Shown: one piece after another, positions 1 to 9,707 of the stretch
Position numbering within the stretch: the first letter of the stretch is position 1
Layout of the letters: each line of letters begins with the position of its first letter
Assembly: GCA_965223845.1 (NCBI GenBank)
Contig: CBDCXR010000004.1
Coordinates: 4,032,001 to 4,096,000, forward strand
Length of the DNA: 64,000 nt
DNA from: Planctomycetota bacterium
Lineage (GTDB): Bacteria > Planctomycetota > UBA8108 > SXIK01
Direction: 5' to 3'
Position numbers and translations under genes: made by a program
The notes under the pieces: generated by a model
What the model saw: only the letters and a program-made list of their open reading frames with translations
Told to the model about the DNA's origin: nothing
Databases searched by the model: none

Positions 1-619
1 CGCAGTAGAGAAACAAATCCTCGTCGAAGGCGCCGCACTCACGCAGAGTGTCAGAGCGGATGAGGCACCCCGCTCCGCTCGCGAACGGGACGTCGCGCAC
101 GCTGCCGCTGGAGACCTCACTCGAAGGACGACGGTAGTCGCCGCAGTATCCGACGAAGCAGTAGTGGAGCTCGTTACCCGCAGTGTTGATGAGGTGGGTT
201 TCCGGATGGAGGAGAATGAGCGACTGCGCGATTCCGACCTCGGGATTTCGCTCGAGCTCCTCGACGAGAGGCTCGAGCGCGTCGGGAGCGAGCACTCCGT
301 CGTCGTTGTGAAGGTAGACGTAGTCGAACCCCTCGCGAAGCGCCCACTCGACCCCGGCGTTCACGCCGCGCGAGAACCCGCCGTTCGCCCCTTGCGGGAG
401 CACCGTCACGTGCGGGAGCGACGTGGCCGAACGCGAACGCAGAACGCGCTCGATCGCGGCGAGGGAGTCGCCGTGCTCGGGATGCGGGTTGTCGACGACG
501 ACGAGCTCGAGTCGCCGCCGGTCGTAGGTCAGGCTCTCGAGCGCCGTCGCGACGTCCTCGAGGTACGGCTCGGCGTGGTAGGAGACGTAGATGATCGCGA
601 TCTTCGGCGGGGCGCTCAT
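1..619 (-). CDS. Glycosyltransferase family 2 (3' end outside window)
   Basis: Not in the ORF track because it runs off the edge. Manual translation from ATG 619: MSAPPKIAIIYVSYHAEPYLEDVATALESLTY...LELVVVDNPH...NGGFSRGVNAGVEWAL...YVYLHNDDG...ASGAGCLIRSDTLRECGAFDEDLFLYC, typical GT2 (WbbL-like) motifs. Confidence 0.85.
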   Translation of the reverse strand, partial: MSAPPKIAIIYVSYHAEPYLEDVATALESLTYDRRRLELVVVDNPHPEHGDSLAAIERVLRSRSATSLPHVTVLPQGANGGFSRGVNAGVEWALREGFDYVYLHNDDGVLAPDALEPLVEELERNPEVGIAQSLILLHPETHLINTAGNELHYCFVGYCGDYRRPSSEVSSGSVRDVPFASGAGCLIRSDTLRECGAFDEDLFLYC

Positions 620-680
620 GGGCGGCTGGAACCAAGCCACGGGTGCGGGTCTAACTCTCTCCGTATATCGGCCGCCGGGA

Positions 681-745
681 GGTACCCCCAAACCCTGTTG
701 GATTTCACGAGGCGGATTTTGGTACCCCCAAACCCTGTTGGATTT
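681..745. repeat. Direct repeat of GGTACCCCCAAACCCTGTTGGATTT (25 bp, two copies, 40-bp period) downstream of the RAYT-like transposase
   Basis: Identical copies at 681-705 and 721-745; TTTTGACTAT also recurs near 743 and 781. Confidence 0.85.
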
Positions 746-970
746 TGACTATCGACGTTAATCTCCAGGAGGATAGACAGTTTTGACTATTGGATTGCGG
801 TCAACACACAGCCGGAGCGACCGAAGAGTTCGTTCACCGCCCCTCGATCAATCAAAAAGTCAGCTTTGAGCCTGTTTCCAAGCAGAAGCGAGAGAGCGTG
901 AGCATACTCCCTCCGCGGACCCGAACGTCGTTTGGCGCGCGAAGCGCCCGCGGCCGTTCGCCGCGCGGTT

Positions 971-1888
971 CTACGGAGCGGCCGGCACAGCAGCCCCCGA
1001 AAAGAGCGGCTCGCACCGCTGCAGGTGAAACACTCGCATAAGATAAGTCCCGGCCGGGAAGATCACTGCCTCGGCGGCGTTTCGATATTCGACGAGCGCC
1101 TCGCGGTATCGCTTGCGAAACCTGACCAGCGCTCGGAGCTCCTCGATCCGCACGCCCGGTCTCTTCGCCCCAATCGACGGCGAGAGCTTCCATCGTCTCT
1201 CGTAGCTCTGTGCCGAATCGGTCGGCTTCTGCGAGAGCGCTCGCGGCGCCCCGAGAAACCCGGTACCCGACTCTTCGACCTCCGCTCGGCATTCTTCTTC
1301 CCGCTCCCGGGTCGCTCGCTCGACCTCCTGCCGGAGCTCCTCGATGCTCCAATTCGGGAAGCACGCCGGCGCCACGATCCTGAGCGGCACCACGTCCGGC
1401 ATCTCGCCCGAGAAAAACCAATTTGGTTTCTCCGCCGAGACGGTCTCCCCGAGCTGACTCGGAGTACTCCGCGCCCCCGGCCACTCGCTCGCCCGCGGAA
1501 CGAGTCCCGACGACACCGGATTACAGTACGTGTAGACGAGCTGCCGGAGGACGTCCTCCGCCTCGACCGCCCGCACGCAGCTCGTCTGCGCGCAGTCGAA
1601 AACGCTCCCGAACCGCCCCCGAAGGGCGTTCGTCGAGCGCGCGAGAAGCAGGTGAAAGCACTGAAGGAATTCCGCGATCCTCCCGTGCGGATCCGTCGCC
1701 ACCAAGTGGTGGTGGTTCGAGAGCGCCACGTACGCGTGAACCTCGAGCCCGGTTTTTTCCGCCGCATAAGCCAGGCAATAGAGAAAAGCGCCGTTCACCT
1801 TCGGTTCAGGCCGGAGAAGAAACTGACGCTGCATGCAGCGGCGCGTGATGAGATACGTCGCGCCGGGAAGAATTCGCCGTGGATCCAA
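971..1888 (-). mobile_element. Y1/HUH transposase, REP-associated tyrosine transposase (RAYT)-like
   Basis: PRRILPGATYLITRRC, HUH motif SNHHHLV, LVYTYCNPV (catalytic Tyr region), C-terminal FPAGTY. Start placed at TTG 1888 by homology to the copy at 32012 (ATG 1912 is an alternative); the ORF-track extension to 2176 overlaps the next gene. Confidence 0.85.
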
Positions 1889-1965
1889 AACTGCCCCTCT
1901 GTCACTGTCCATCACAATGGATCGCCGCCGGCAAGCCGCTGGTCTCTCGCGGACGAGCAGGCAGA

Positions 1966-1997
1966 GGTAGCATGAAGCGTCTTTCAGCTTTCGCAAG
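1966..1997 (-). promoter_or_regulatory. Putative sigma70-type promoter of the RAYT-like gene (TTGCGA-N16-CATGCT)
   Basis: The blocks CTTGCGA and TCATGCTACC are conserved upstream of both transposase copies while the spacer has diverged. Confidence 0.5.
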
Positions 1998-2106
1998 AAT
2001 GAGCTCGCGCGAGTCATAGTGAACGCGCAGCGTGAACCGTCCCGGTTCTGCCGACGGGACGATTGCGCCCATGCGCGCCCGCGATCGCTCGAGCTCTGCG
2101 GCGGAG

Positions 2107-2793
2107 CTACTTGAGGATTCCGAGGTCGGAGCTGCTCAGATCGACCTTCGATACGAACCCATTCCGGCCGCTCCACTCGAACCCTTCCTCTGGCGACTCA
2201 TGAACGAGTCTCTTCGAGACGAACTGCATGTGATCGCGAATCTGCGGAAAGGGAGTGCCCTTGGCCGGCACGTTGACCAGCCGAATCGGCTTTCCGTCCG
2301 CGTTTTCGACGAGCTCGATCTCGACTTCGATTTCCGGCGCCGAGTAGGCGACGAGCCTCTCGCTTCGGCGCACGCTCAACGGGACCGTCTCAATCTTGTC
2401 GATCGGCCCCTTGGCAAGGAAAGGCATCGCCTGAGGCAAGATCTCCGTGAGAGCGGCGACCTGATCCGGAGTGGCGTCGTCGCGGATGTAGATCTTCGCC
2501 CAGCTCTTGACGTGGTACGCGGCGATCACCGCCGTACCGTCGAGACGAACGTCGCCGAAATGGCCGCGGTCGATCTCGACGAGCGAAGAGCCCTCGCAGT
2601 AGCCCTCCGTCGGCTTGGATCCGAAGAGGCAAGGACAAGAGACGCGGCAGCAACAGGCGTCCGTCCAGGTCCCTTGGATCGCCCATGCTGCGCGGACCGT
2701 CGCGTCTCGCTCCGTCGAGCTCGAGCACGACAGAGTCCCAAACGACGAGGCGCCGAGAACACCGACCGCGATGAGTTGTAAACCGTTCTTCAC
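2107..2793 (-). CDS. DUF1326 family Cys-rich protein, probable lipoprotein
   Basis: WAIQGTWTDACCCRVSCPCLFGSKPTEGYCEG and C-terminal FEWSGRNGF match DUF1326; GTG 2793 has GGAGG upstream; hydrophobic leader ending TLSC. Confidence 0.75.
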   Translation of the reverse strand: MKNGLQLIAVGVLGASSFGTLSCSSSTERDATVRAAWAIQGTWTDACCCRVSCPCLFGSKPTEGYCEGSSLVEIDRGHFGDVRLDGTAVIAAYHVKSWAKIYIRDDATPDQVAALTEILPQAMPFLAKGPIDKIETVPLSVRRSERLVAYSAPEIEVEIELVENADGKPIRLVNVPAKGTPFPQIRDHMQFVSKRLVHESPEEGFEWSGRNGFVSKVDLSSSDLGILK

Positions 2794-3108
2794 GAGTCGC
2801 CCTCCAGATTCGGTACTACGGGCACGTGTGCAGATCGAGGGCCACGCCGCCCTCGACTTAGTTCGCACCGGCCACACTTGTCTCCATCCTCTACTGCGAA
2901 CAGTCTCGGTTTGGAGACAGCCGAAATCGCTCGCGGCCGAAATCCGCGCCGCCGTCTCGACGCTGGGCTCGGGGCCGTCTCGGGCCCGGAGGATCCGCCT
3001 CTCGCCGTTCTCGGAAGAAGCGAGCCGTGGAGGTGGTTCGACGCCTCGAGTCACCGAGCTAGCCGAGACGGCGGCGCACGCCGACCACGACGCGCTGCGG
3101 CCGACCGA

Positions 3109-4311
3109 CTACGGTCGACGAGCCGGATGCTCGGCGATGAATCGGACGACGTCCTCCGGCTCGTCGACGAGCTCGATGAGATCGCCGTAGATCGTTTCCA
3201 TGCCGCGCTCGTGCACGAACTCGCGGATGAGCGAAGCGACGTTCCGATAGGATTCGCTCCCGAGAAACACCATCGGGCTCCTTAGGTGGAACGTCGCGTA
3301 GTGGTTTTGGGCGAGGTCCATGAAGACCTCCTGGAGTGTCCCGGCGCTCCCCGGCGCGTAGACGACGCCCGCCGTCGAGATCGCGAGGAGTCCGTCTTCC
3401 CGAATGCTGTTCGCGAAGTACTTCGCGATCCAGGGGCTGAAGAGATTGCTCGGCTCGTGTCCGTAGAACCACGTCGGGATCGCTAGACTTCCTCCGGGTT
3501 CCACGCGCTCTCTCCCGTACTCTCGCGCCGCGTCCTCGGCAGTCACTCCGGTTTGGAACCGTTCGATGACGCGCCGCGCCGCCGCCACGTACGCGCGAAC
3601 TGCGGTCTCGAACTCCGCGGTGCCGACCTCGTGCCCGCCGCCGTAGGAGTCCGCCTCGCTCAAGATCGCGATCGCAGCATCGAGGATCGAAGGATCGGAG
3701 AAGTTCGCGAAGTAGGCACCGAGATTCCCGGCCTCCATGATTCCGGGCCCCCCACCGGTCGCGACGAGGTAGCCCCGCCGCGTGAGCCCCCAAGCGACGC
3801 GAGCGACGCGCGCGAAATCGGGATCGGAGCGCGCCGTACCGTGGCCGCCCATGATCCCGACGACACCGCGACCGGCGGACTCGCGGACGACTTCCGCGAG
3901 GGCGTCGTCGATCCCGTGATCGTGAATCCGCTGGGCGAGTGCCTCGTCGATCGTCACGTCGAACCCGCGCTCGCGGGCGTGCGAGAAGTGCTCGTAGATG
4001 CGGTAGTCCACCGTCCCCGTGTACCCGGCGTCGTCGTACCCCGCCATCAACTCGTCGACCGAGTACAGTCGACTCCGGTAGGGCTCGTAGGGAAGACCCT
4101 CGAAGGTCGGAAAGACCACGGCCCCGCGGCGCCGAACGTCGTCCTCCTCCCCCGTGTCCGAGAACCGGCAGCCAAGGAACAAAGTCCCGGTTACGTTCGT
4201 CGACTCGAGCTCGATCCCTCCGAGGTCGACTCCCTGAATCGCGCACCCGACTAGCGACCCGTCGCGTGCGACGCGACGAGCGACCTCATCTCGCGTTTCG
4301 ATCTCGATCAC
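3109..4311 (-). CDS. LOG/SLOG family Rossmann-fold nucleotide-binding protein
   Basis: VVGIMGGH, ATGGGPGIMEAGNLGAY, PTWFYGHEP, YFANSIREDGLL, PGSAGTLQEVF; GTG 4311 is preceded by GAGAGG. Confidence 0.8.
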   Translation of the reverse strand: MIEIETRDEVARRVARDGSLVGCAIQGVDLGGIELESTNVTGTLFLGCRFSDTGEEDDVRRRGAVVFPTFEGLPYEPYRSRLYSVDELMAGYDDAGYTGTVDYRIYEHFSHARERGFDVTIDEALAQRIHDHGIDDALAEVVRESAGRGVVGIMGGHGTARSDPDFARVARVAWGLTRRGYLVATGGGPGIMEAGNLGAYFANFSDPSILDAAIAILSEADSYGGGHEVGTAEFETAVRAYVAAARRVIERFQTGVTAEDAAREYGRERVEPGGSLAIPTWFYGHEPSNLFSPWIAKYFANSIREDGLLAISTAGVVYAPGSAGTLQEVFMDLAQNHYATFHLRSPMVFLGSESYRNVASLIREFVHERGMETIYGDLIELVDEPEDVVRFIAEHPARRP

Positions 4312-4570
4312 CTTGCCTCTCTCCGGCTGTCGTCCCGCGATTTCGTCCCGGTCCGCAGGAGAGCGGGGCCGCACGCCCGCTCGGACGATCGCCAATCGTA
4401 TCGAGGATCGGCGCGGCGCCGTCCGCGATTCTGTGGGACGGGTCGTGTGAACGAGTCCGGTCCCCCTTCGGGGGGCGAGAATATCCTGAAATCCGCCGTT
4501 GCAGCCCACGACCTCCCCTTACATAAAGGAAGAGGTGGCCGGACAGCGAGCGGATCGAGAGGGAAGAGTC

Positions 4571-7408
4571 ATGGGCGAACGGCGAGCCGCAGCATCGGCG
4601 CTTTTGGGCGTGCTGACCGCTGCTTTCGCCGTCTGGCTCTTCCTGGGCGCCGGTAGTCTCCTTCGTGACCGCGAGCAGGCCCTCCCGATCGCGGAGGAAC
4701 GTCTGCCGATCCACGTTTCGCTCGGAGGAGACGACGACGCCGCGTTCGGCGAAGCCCGCGGTCCCGCCGCGGAACGAAAGCCGGGACTCGTGATCAACGA
4801 GTTTCTCGCCGCCAACCGGCGCGCGAGCGTCGACGAGGAGGGGAAGGCGGAGGACTGGGTCGAGCTCTTCAACGCCGGCGATGAGCCGATCGATCTCGGC
4901 GGCTACGCGCTCTCCGACGAGCCGGAAAACCCAAAAAAGTGGGTGTTTCCTTCGCACGTGATCGAGCCGGGCGGCTACGAAGTCGTCTGGCTGTCCGGGA
5001 AGGACCGCTACGCTCCGCCCGCGGAAGCCATCGTGACCGACTCCGGCCGTAACGCGTTTGAGCCGGCCTGGGTTCGCTCGGGCGCGCGGTGGCACTACAC
5101 GACCGATCGACGGACGCGCGAACTTCCCCCGGAGTGGACGACTCTCGAGTTCGACCCGCGATCGGGATTTCAGACCGGTCGATCTGGTTTCGGCTACGGA
5201 GACAACGACGATCGGACCCCCGTGTCGAGCGACACACTCAACGTGTTCGCGCGCACGGAGTTCACGGTCGACGAGCCGAGCGCCGTGCACAGTCTCGTTC
5301 TTCAGATCGACTACGACGACGGTTTCGTAGCGTACCTCAACGGAACGCGCGTCGCGGCGGCGAACTCTCCGGTCGATCACCCGACCGCGGGAACCATCGC
5401 GACCCGGAAGCACGAAGCCGGCGAAGCCGAGCGATTCGATCTGACGAAACACCGCGGGCTCCTGCGCCCCGGCAAGAACGTGCTCGCGATCGTCGGCCTC
5501 AACGACACCGACAGCTCCGACATGAGCCTTCGCCCGGAGCTCGGTCGACTGCAGTCGATCTTCCACACCAACTTTTCCCTCGCGAAAGAAGGCGGCGCAC
5601 TTCTCCTCACCGATCCCGCGGGCGAACAGGTCGACAGCGTCGAGTATCCCGAGCAGGTCCCCGACCATACCTTCGGCCGGTCGCCGAACGGCTCCGGCGG
5701 CTGGGTGTCGTTCGTCACGCCGAGTCCAGCAAAGGCGAATCGCCACGAACCCTTCGCGGACACGGTGGCGAATGAGGTCGTATTTTCGCCGATCGAACCC
5801 GCCGCCGACGGAACCGCTCTCGTCCGAGCTACGGTCGAGCTGTCGATCGCCATCGATCGACCGGCCGCGCGGATCCACTTCACGACCGACGGGACGACTC
5901 CCACCCTGCGGAGCCCCAGGTTCTCCGCCCCGTTCGAGATCGATCGAACGACGGTGATCCGGGCGGCGGTGTTCGAACGCGGTGAACGGGCGACCCCGGT
6001 CTTCGCAAAGACGTATTTCCTCGGCGCGCGACCACCGCTCGATATCGTCTCGATTGTGATGGAACCACCGGACTTCGCCCTCGTGCACGGCAACTCGAAC
6101 GCGCGAGGTCGAGCTTTCGAGCGACCCGCACACTTCGAGATCCTCACACCGGACGGGACCGTACGTGCCGCGGGAGGACTCGGCATCCGTCTCCACGGCG
6201 GGGCGGGGCGGAACGGCAACCTCGAGACGAAGAAAGCCTACAAGGTGTACTTCCGCGGCACCTACGGCATGAAGCGACTCAAGCTTCGGCTGTTTCCGGA
6301 CTCGGAGATCGACGAGTTCGACAAGCTCGTTCTCCGCTCGGGCTTCAATGATCGGCTCCGTCCCCGACGCGGCAGCTACAACGGACGCTTCGGCTACATC
6401 CGTGACGAGGTGGTGCGCGACCTCCACCGCGATCTCGGCGGCATCGCCGGGCACGGTACGTGGTGTCTCCTCTACGTGAACGGCGCGCGGCGCGGCCTCT
6501 ACAACATCGTCGAGCGACTCGACGAGGAGTTTCTCGAGAGCCACGTGGGCGGTACGGACTGGGACGTCATCAAGACCGGCGAAGAGGTGCTCGCCGGCTC
6601 GGACGAGCATTGGATCCAGCTCAAGAACCTGATCCGATCCGGCGACTTTTCGAACGACAGCGAGTTTGCCGAGCTCGCGAGCGTCATCGATCTCGATGAC
6701 GTCACGCGCTATCTCATCTTGAATACCTGGGCCCAGAACCACGACTGGCCGCACAACAACTGGTACGCAGTACGCTCGACCGAGCTCGGCGGGAAGTGGC
6801 GATTCCTCTGTTGGGATGCCGAATGGGGACTGGGCTTGAATCCGTCCGGATACTCCGAGGACTCGCTTTCGTTCGCTCTCCAGCGAGGCGGCGTGCTCAC
6901 CGATCTCTTCCGCGCGCTCTTTCAAAATGCCGGATACCGGACAGAGTTTGAAGCGGCGCTCGAACGCGCACTCGCCGGTCCGCTCGCGCCGGATGCGGTC
7001 GTGGCGCGCATCGAAGCGGAGGCGGACGCTATCGACCCTGCGATGCGCCACGAGCTCGCGACGCTCGCGAAAAACGTGTTCAAGGGTCGCGCTCCGAGGC
7101 GCTCTTCGCGGTTCGGTTCCAGCCGGGAATTCGAACGAGCTCGTCTCGCGGAGGAACGGGCGCGGCTCCAGGCGATCGAAGGCTGGGTCGAGTCCGCCTA
7201 CTCGACTTGGCAGCGGAACGTCAACGATATGCGGACCTTCGCGCGAGTGCGCGGGGCGGCATTTCGAGAGCTCGCACGCTCGAGCCTAGAGGGCACGCGT
7301 TCCTCTGTGCACGAGAACGGAGAACGACTCCCCGGCGCCATCGAACGCTTTCGGTTTCAAGAGATCGAGATCGATGGGCAACGGGTCTTGATCGCGCCGC
7401 CGCGGTAG
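4571..7408 (+). CDS. Lamin-tail-domain / chitobiase-FN3 / CotH kinase family protein, membrane-anchored
   Basis: LVINEFLAAN...EDWVELFN...DLGGYALSD (LTD); IHFTTDGTTPT (chitobiase/FN3); IRLHGG, LVLRSGFND, GLYNIVERLD, DWPHNN, WRFLCWDAE (CotH). Confidence 0.85.
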   Translation: MGERRAAASALLGVLTAAFAVWLFLGAGSLLRDREQALPIAEERLPIHVSLGGDDDAAFGEARGPAAERKPGLVINEFLAANRRASVDEEGKAEDWVELFNAGDEPIDLGGYALSDEPENPKKWVFPSHVIEPGGYEVVWLSGKDRYAPPAEAIVTDSGRNAFEPAWVRSGARWHYTTDRRTRELPPEWTTLEFDPRSGFQTGRSGFGYGDNDDRTPVSSDTLNVFARTEFTVDEPSAVHSLVLQIDYDDGFVAYLNGTRVAAANSPVDHPTAGTIATRKHEAGEAERFDLTKHRGLLRPGKNVLAIVGLNDTDSSDMSLRPELGRLQSIFHTNFSLAKEGGALLLTDPAGEQVDSVEYPEQVPDHTFGRSPNGSGGWVSFVTPSPAKANRHEPFADTVANEVVFSPIEPAADGTALVRATVELSIAIDRPAARIHFTTDGTTPTLRSPRFSAPFEIDRTTVIRAAVFERGERATPVFAKTYFLGARPPLDIVSIVMEPPDFALVHGNSNARGRAFERPAHFEILTPDGTVRAAGGLGIRLHGGAGRNGNLETKKAYKVYFRGTYGMKRLKLRLFPDSEIDEFDKLVLRSGFNDRLRPRRGSYNGRFGYIRDEVVRDLHRDLGGIAGHGTWCLLYVNGARRGLYNIVERLDEEFLESHVGGTDWDVIKTGEEVLAGSDEHWIQLKNLIRSGDFSNDSEFAELASVIDLDDVTRYLILNTWAQNHDWPHNNWYAVRSTELGGKWRFLCWDAEWGLGLNPSGYSEDSLSFALQRGGVLTDLFRALFQNAGYRTEFEAALERALAGPLAPDAVVARIEAEADAIDPAMRHELATLAKNVFKGRAPRRSSRFGSSREFERARLAEERARLQAIEGWVESAYSTWQRNVNDMRTFARVRGAAFRELARSSLEGTRSSVHENGERLPGAIERFRFQEIEIDGQRVLIAPPR

Positions 7409-7710
7409 TGCGGATTCGGCCGATCGGACTTTGATTGGGGACGGAACCGCCGGCCGCTAGCCCACGGGCACGGACTACGGGCACCTTCGAACGGCCTGGA
7501 GCTCACGCGGAGTGAACCTCGGTTTGTCCGACGCGCGGACTCGTTCTTTGCGATGCCTCGAAACTGCGGGTAGAACCAGAAGAGCGGCGTCGATCCCCGC
7601 GCTCCTCTACACGGCAGGGAAACCTGAGGGCAGGCCGCGCGCCGCCGCGCTCTCGCGCGATCGAGAACGCGGCGTTCCCAGCGGTCCTCGCACGAACCGA
7701 AACGGAAAGA

Positions 7711-8844
7711 GTGTCTCCGATGACTCGACGTCACCCGCGTCGTAGGACGGCTGATCGCTACCGCTCGCGGAGCCGCGGCCCGGATACCTCGACGATCATC
7801 GCCCTCGTCGGCGGCATCGGACTGGTCGTGGTCGTCGCAATGTTCGTGTTCGGGAGTGGAGGGGCGAGCTCCGACACGACTCGCTACGAGGACGACGAAA
7901 CGGCCGCGGATGCGCGGACCGACGCCGACGGCGAGAACCAGGATCCCTGGGACGAGAACGGCACGTTCACCGCGGACCTAGACGTGGAGATCGACGCCGA
8001 AGATACCGGTCCCGAGCGGCGAGATGGGGACGACGGCTCGACGGCGAAGGCCGACGCCGACGATGACGACGACATAGACGCGCTCCGCGAACGCCTCTTC
8101 GCACAGGCGGGTCGTTCCGGCGCGTTCGATCGGAGTCGCGCCGAGTTTTCGACCGCGAATTCCGACCGCGTTCCCGAAGCCGATCCGGACGCGGTGTTTC
8201 TCGATCGCAAGAATCGCTCCGTCGGGGAGGTGAGCGACGGTGTGGTGGCGAGTGGGCGCGGCGGCGCAGGATCCGGCGGAATCTCGTACCGGTCGATGAG
8301 TCTCTCCATCACCGGTTCCGTCGGCGGCACTCGCCTCGCTCGCGACGACTCCTACACGCACGGCCGGATCGGCTACTACCTCCAGCACGAGTTTCGACCA
8401 AAGTTCTATGTCGAGTACCCGAACGGTTCCGTGCCGGTGATTCAGCGCGGGCGGCGCGGGCCAGACGGAAAGCCCATTCCCTCCCCGAAGTATCCCGAGC
8501 CGAAGGGCGCGCCGCGCGAGGGCCCGCCTTCGGGTCGCGCCGCGTACCGCCTCGCACTTCAGGTGACGGCCGGACCATCCGGTGGAGTGCAATTCTACGG
8601 TCGGCGCATGGGTATGAAGTTCGAGTGCACGATCCGGGCGCAGATTCTCGACGTCACGACTGAGACGCCGGTTCAGCGAACGAGCTTTGCGGTCCGGGAG
8701 ACGGTGACCCGGATGGGGACGGGGACCGACGTCGCGAAGCAATCGAAGCAGGCCTACTACCTCGCGCTCGAAAAGCTGGTGAAGGCGCTCGGCTCGCGGC
8801 GCGCCGCATTCTCCCCGGCGACGACGACGAGCGTCGACAAGTAG
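7711..8844 (+). CDS. Hypothetical single-TM protein with acidic linker
   Basis: Basic N-terminus, TM IIALVGGIGLVVVVAMFVF, Asp-rich linker, globular C-terminus; codon usage matches neighbouring genes. Confidence 0.65.
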   Translation: MSPMTRRHPRRRTADRYRSRSRGPDTSTIIALVGGIGLVVVVAMFVFGSGGASSDTTRYEDDETAADARTDADGENQDPWDENGTFTADLDVEIDAEDTGPERRDGDDGSTAKADADDDDDIDALRERLFAQAGRSGAFDRSRAEFSTANSDRVPEADPDAVFLDRKNRSVGEVSDGVVASGRGGAGSGGISYRSMSLSITGSVGGTRLARDDSYTHGRIGYYLQHEFRPKFYVEYPNGSVPVIQRGRRGPDGKPIPSPKYPEPKGAPREGPPSGRAAYRLALQVTAGPSGGVQFYGRRMGMKFECTIRAQILDVTTETPVQRTSFAVRETVTRMGTGTDVAKQSKQAYYLALEKLVKALGSRRAAFSPATTTSVDK

Positions 8845-8911
8845 AGCGGTCGCCGCGCGTTCCCTCCCACCGACGGCTTCGCATCGCGATCGCAGTCGCA
8901 CGCGACGGAGC

Positions 8912-9493
8912 TCAGCGGCGGCTCTTCTCGCTTCGAGGCGGCGCGGACGCTCCCTTAGGAGTTGTCTCGGCGCTCCGAATCGCCGGCACGTGAAGGCGCA
9001 CGAGAGTCGCTGCGTCTCCGCACGGGACGACGACGAATACGTTGTCGTAGTCGTTCGACTTGATCGCGACGCGCTCTTTTACACCGAGCCGGCGAAGGAG
9101 CGGTGGGATCGTGTCCGAGTGCCCTACGACGAGAACGGCTTCTCCCGCGGCGTGCCCGCGCAGCTTGCGGACGATCGCGTCGAGGTCGCGTGCCCGGAGC
9201 AGCTCCGGCTTTCGCGCGCGTTTGAGGTCCTTCCGCCCGGCGACGATCTCGGCGGCCGTTTCCTGCGTCCGCTTGTACTCCGTCGCGTACACCGCCGCGA
9301 ACGGCACGGATCGAAACGCCTTCCGCAGCGTCGCCGCGCGGTCGCGCCCGGCGCGGGTGAGAGGCGGGTCGGTCGGACGGCCACGCGTCTCCTTCTCGGC
9401 GTGCCTCACGATGTAGACGACGGGTTGGGCAAGGAGGGCGTCTCCCGACACGAGCGAGATCAGCGAGAAGAGGAGCAGGCGCGAAGTCTTCAT
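8912..9493 (-). CDS. Histidine phosphatase / phosphoglycerate mutase family, secreted
   Basis: VYIVRHAEK, PLTRAGRDRA, RTQETA, LVVGHSDT; signal peptide MKTSRLLLFSLISLV. Confidence 0.85.
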   Translation of the reverse strand: MKTSRLLLFSLISLVSGDALLAQPVVYIVRHAEKETRGRPTDPPLTRAGRDRAATLRKAFRSVPFAAVYATEYKRTQETAAEIVAGRKDLKRARKPELLRARDLDAIVRKLRGHAAGEAVLVVGHSDTIPPLLRRLGVKERVAIKSNDYDNVFVVVPCGDAATLVRLHVPAIRSAETTPKGASAPPRSEKSRR

Positions 9494-9707
9494 GAGGGGT
9501 CTCCGAGAAGGGGCGATCGGCACCATTCTAACCCGGATCCGAAACCGGGCCGGACTCGGCCGCTCGGCGGAGCGAGGCTCGTCACGCACGCCCGGTCGGC
9601 GAGCGACGAATTCGACATTCGGGTCGGGCTCCCCGATCGCCGGCCGAGTGTGGTAGAACAGCCGCTTCCGCGATACTCCCAGCGTTCCTCCCCCCGGCGA
9701 AGATCCG

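Noticed and set aside
681-790. Possible mini CRISPR array
   Set aside because: Only two 25-bp repeats with a 15-bp gap; no cas genes in the window.
4286-7051. Long antisense ORFs (also 36144-39215, 56201-58651, 60744-62927 and many others)
   Set aside because: Shadows of well-supported genes on the opposite strand in GC-rich DNA; no family motifs.
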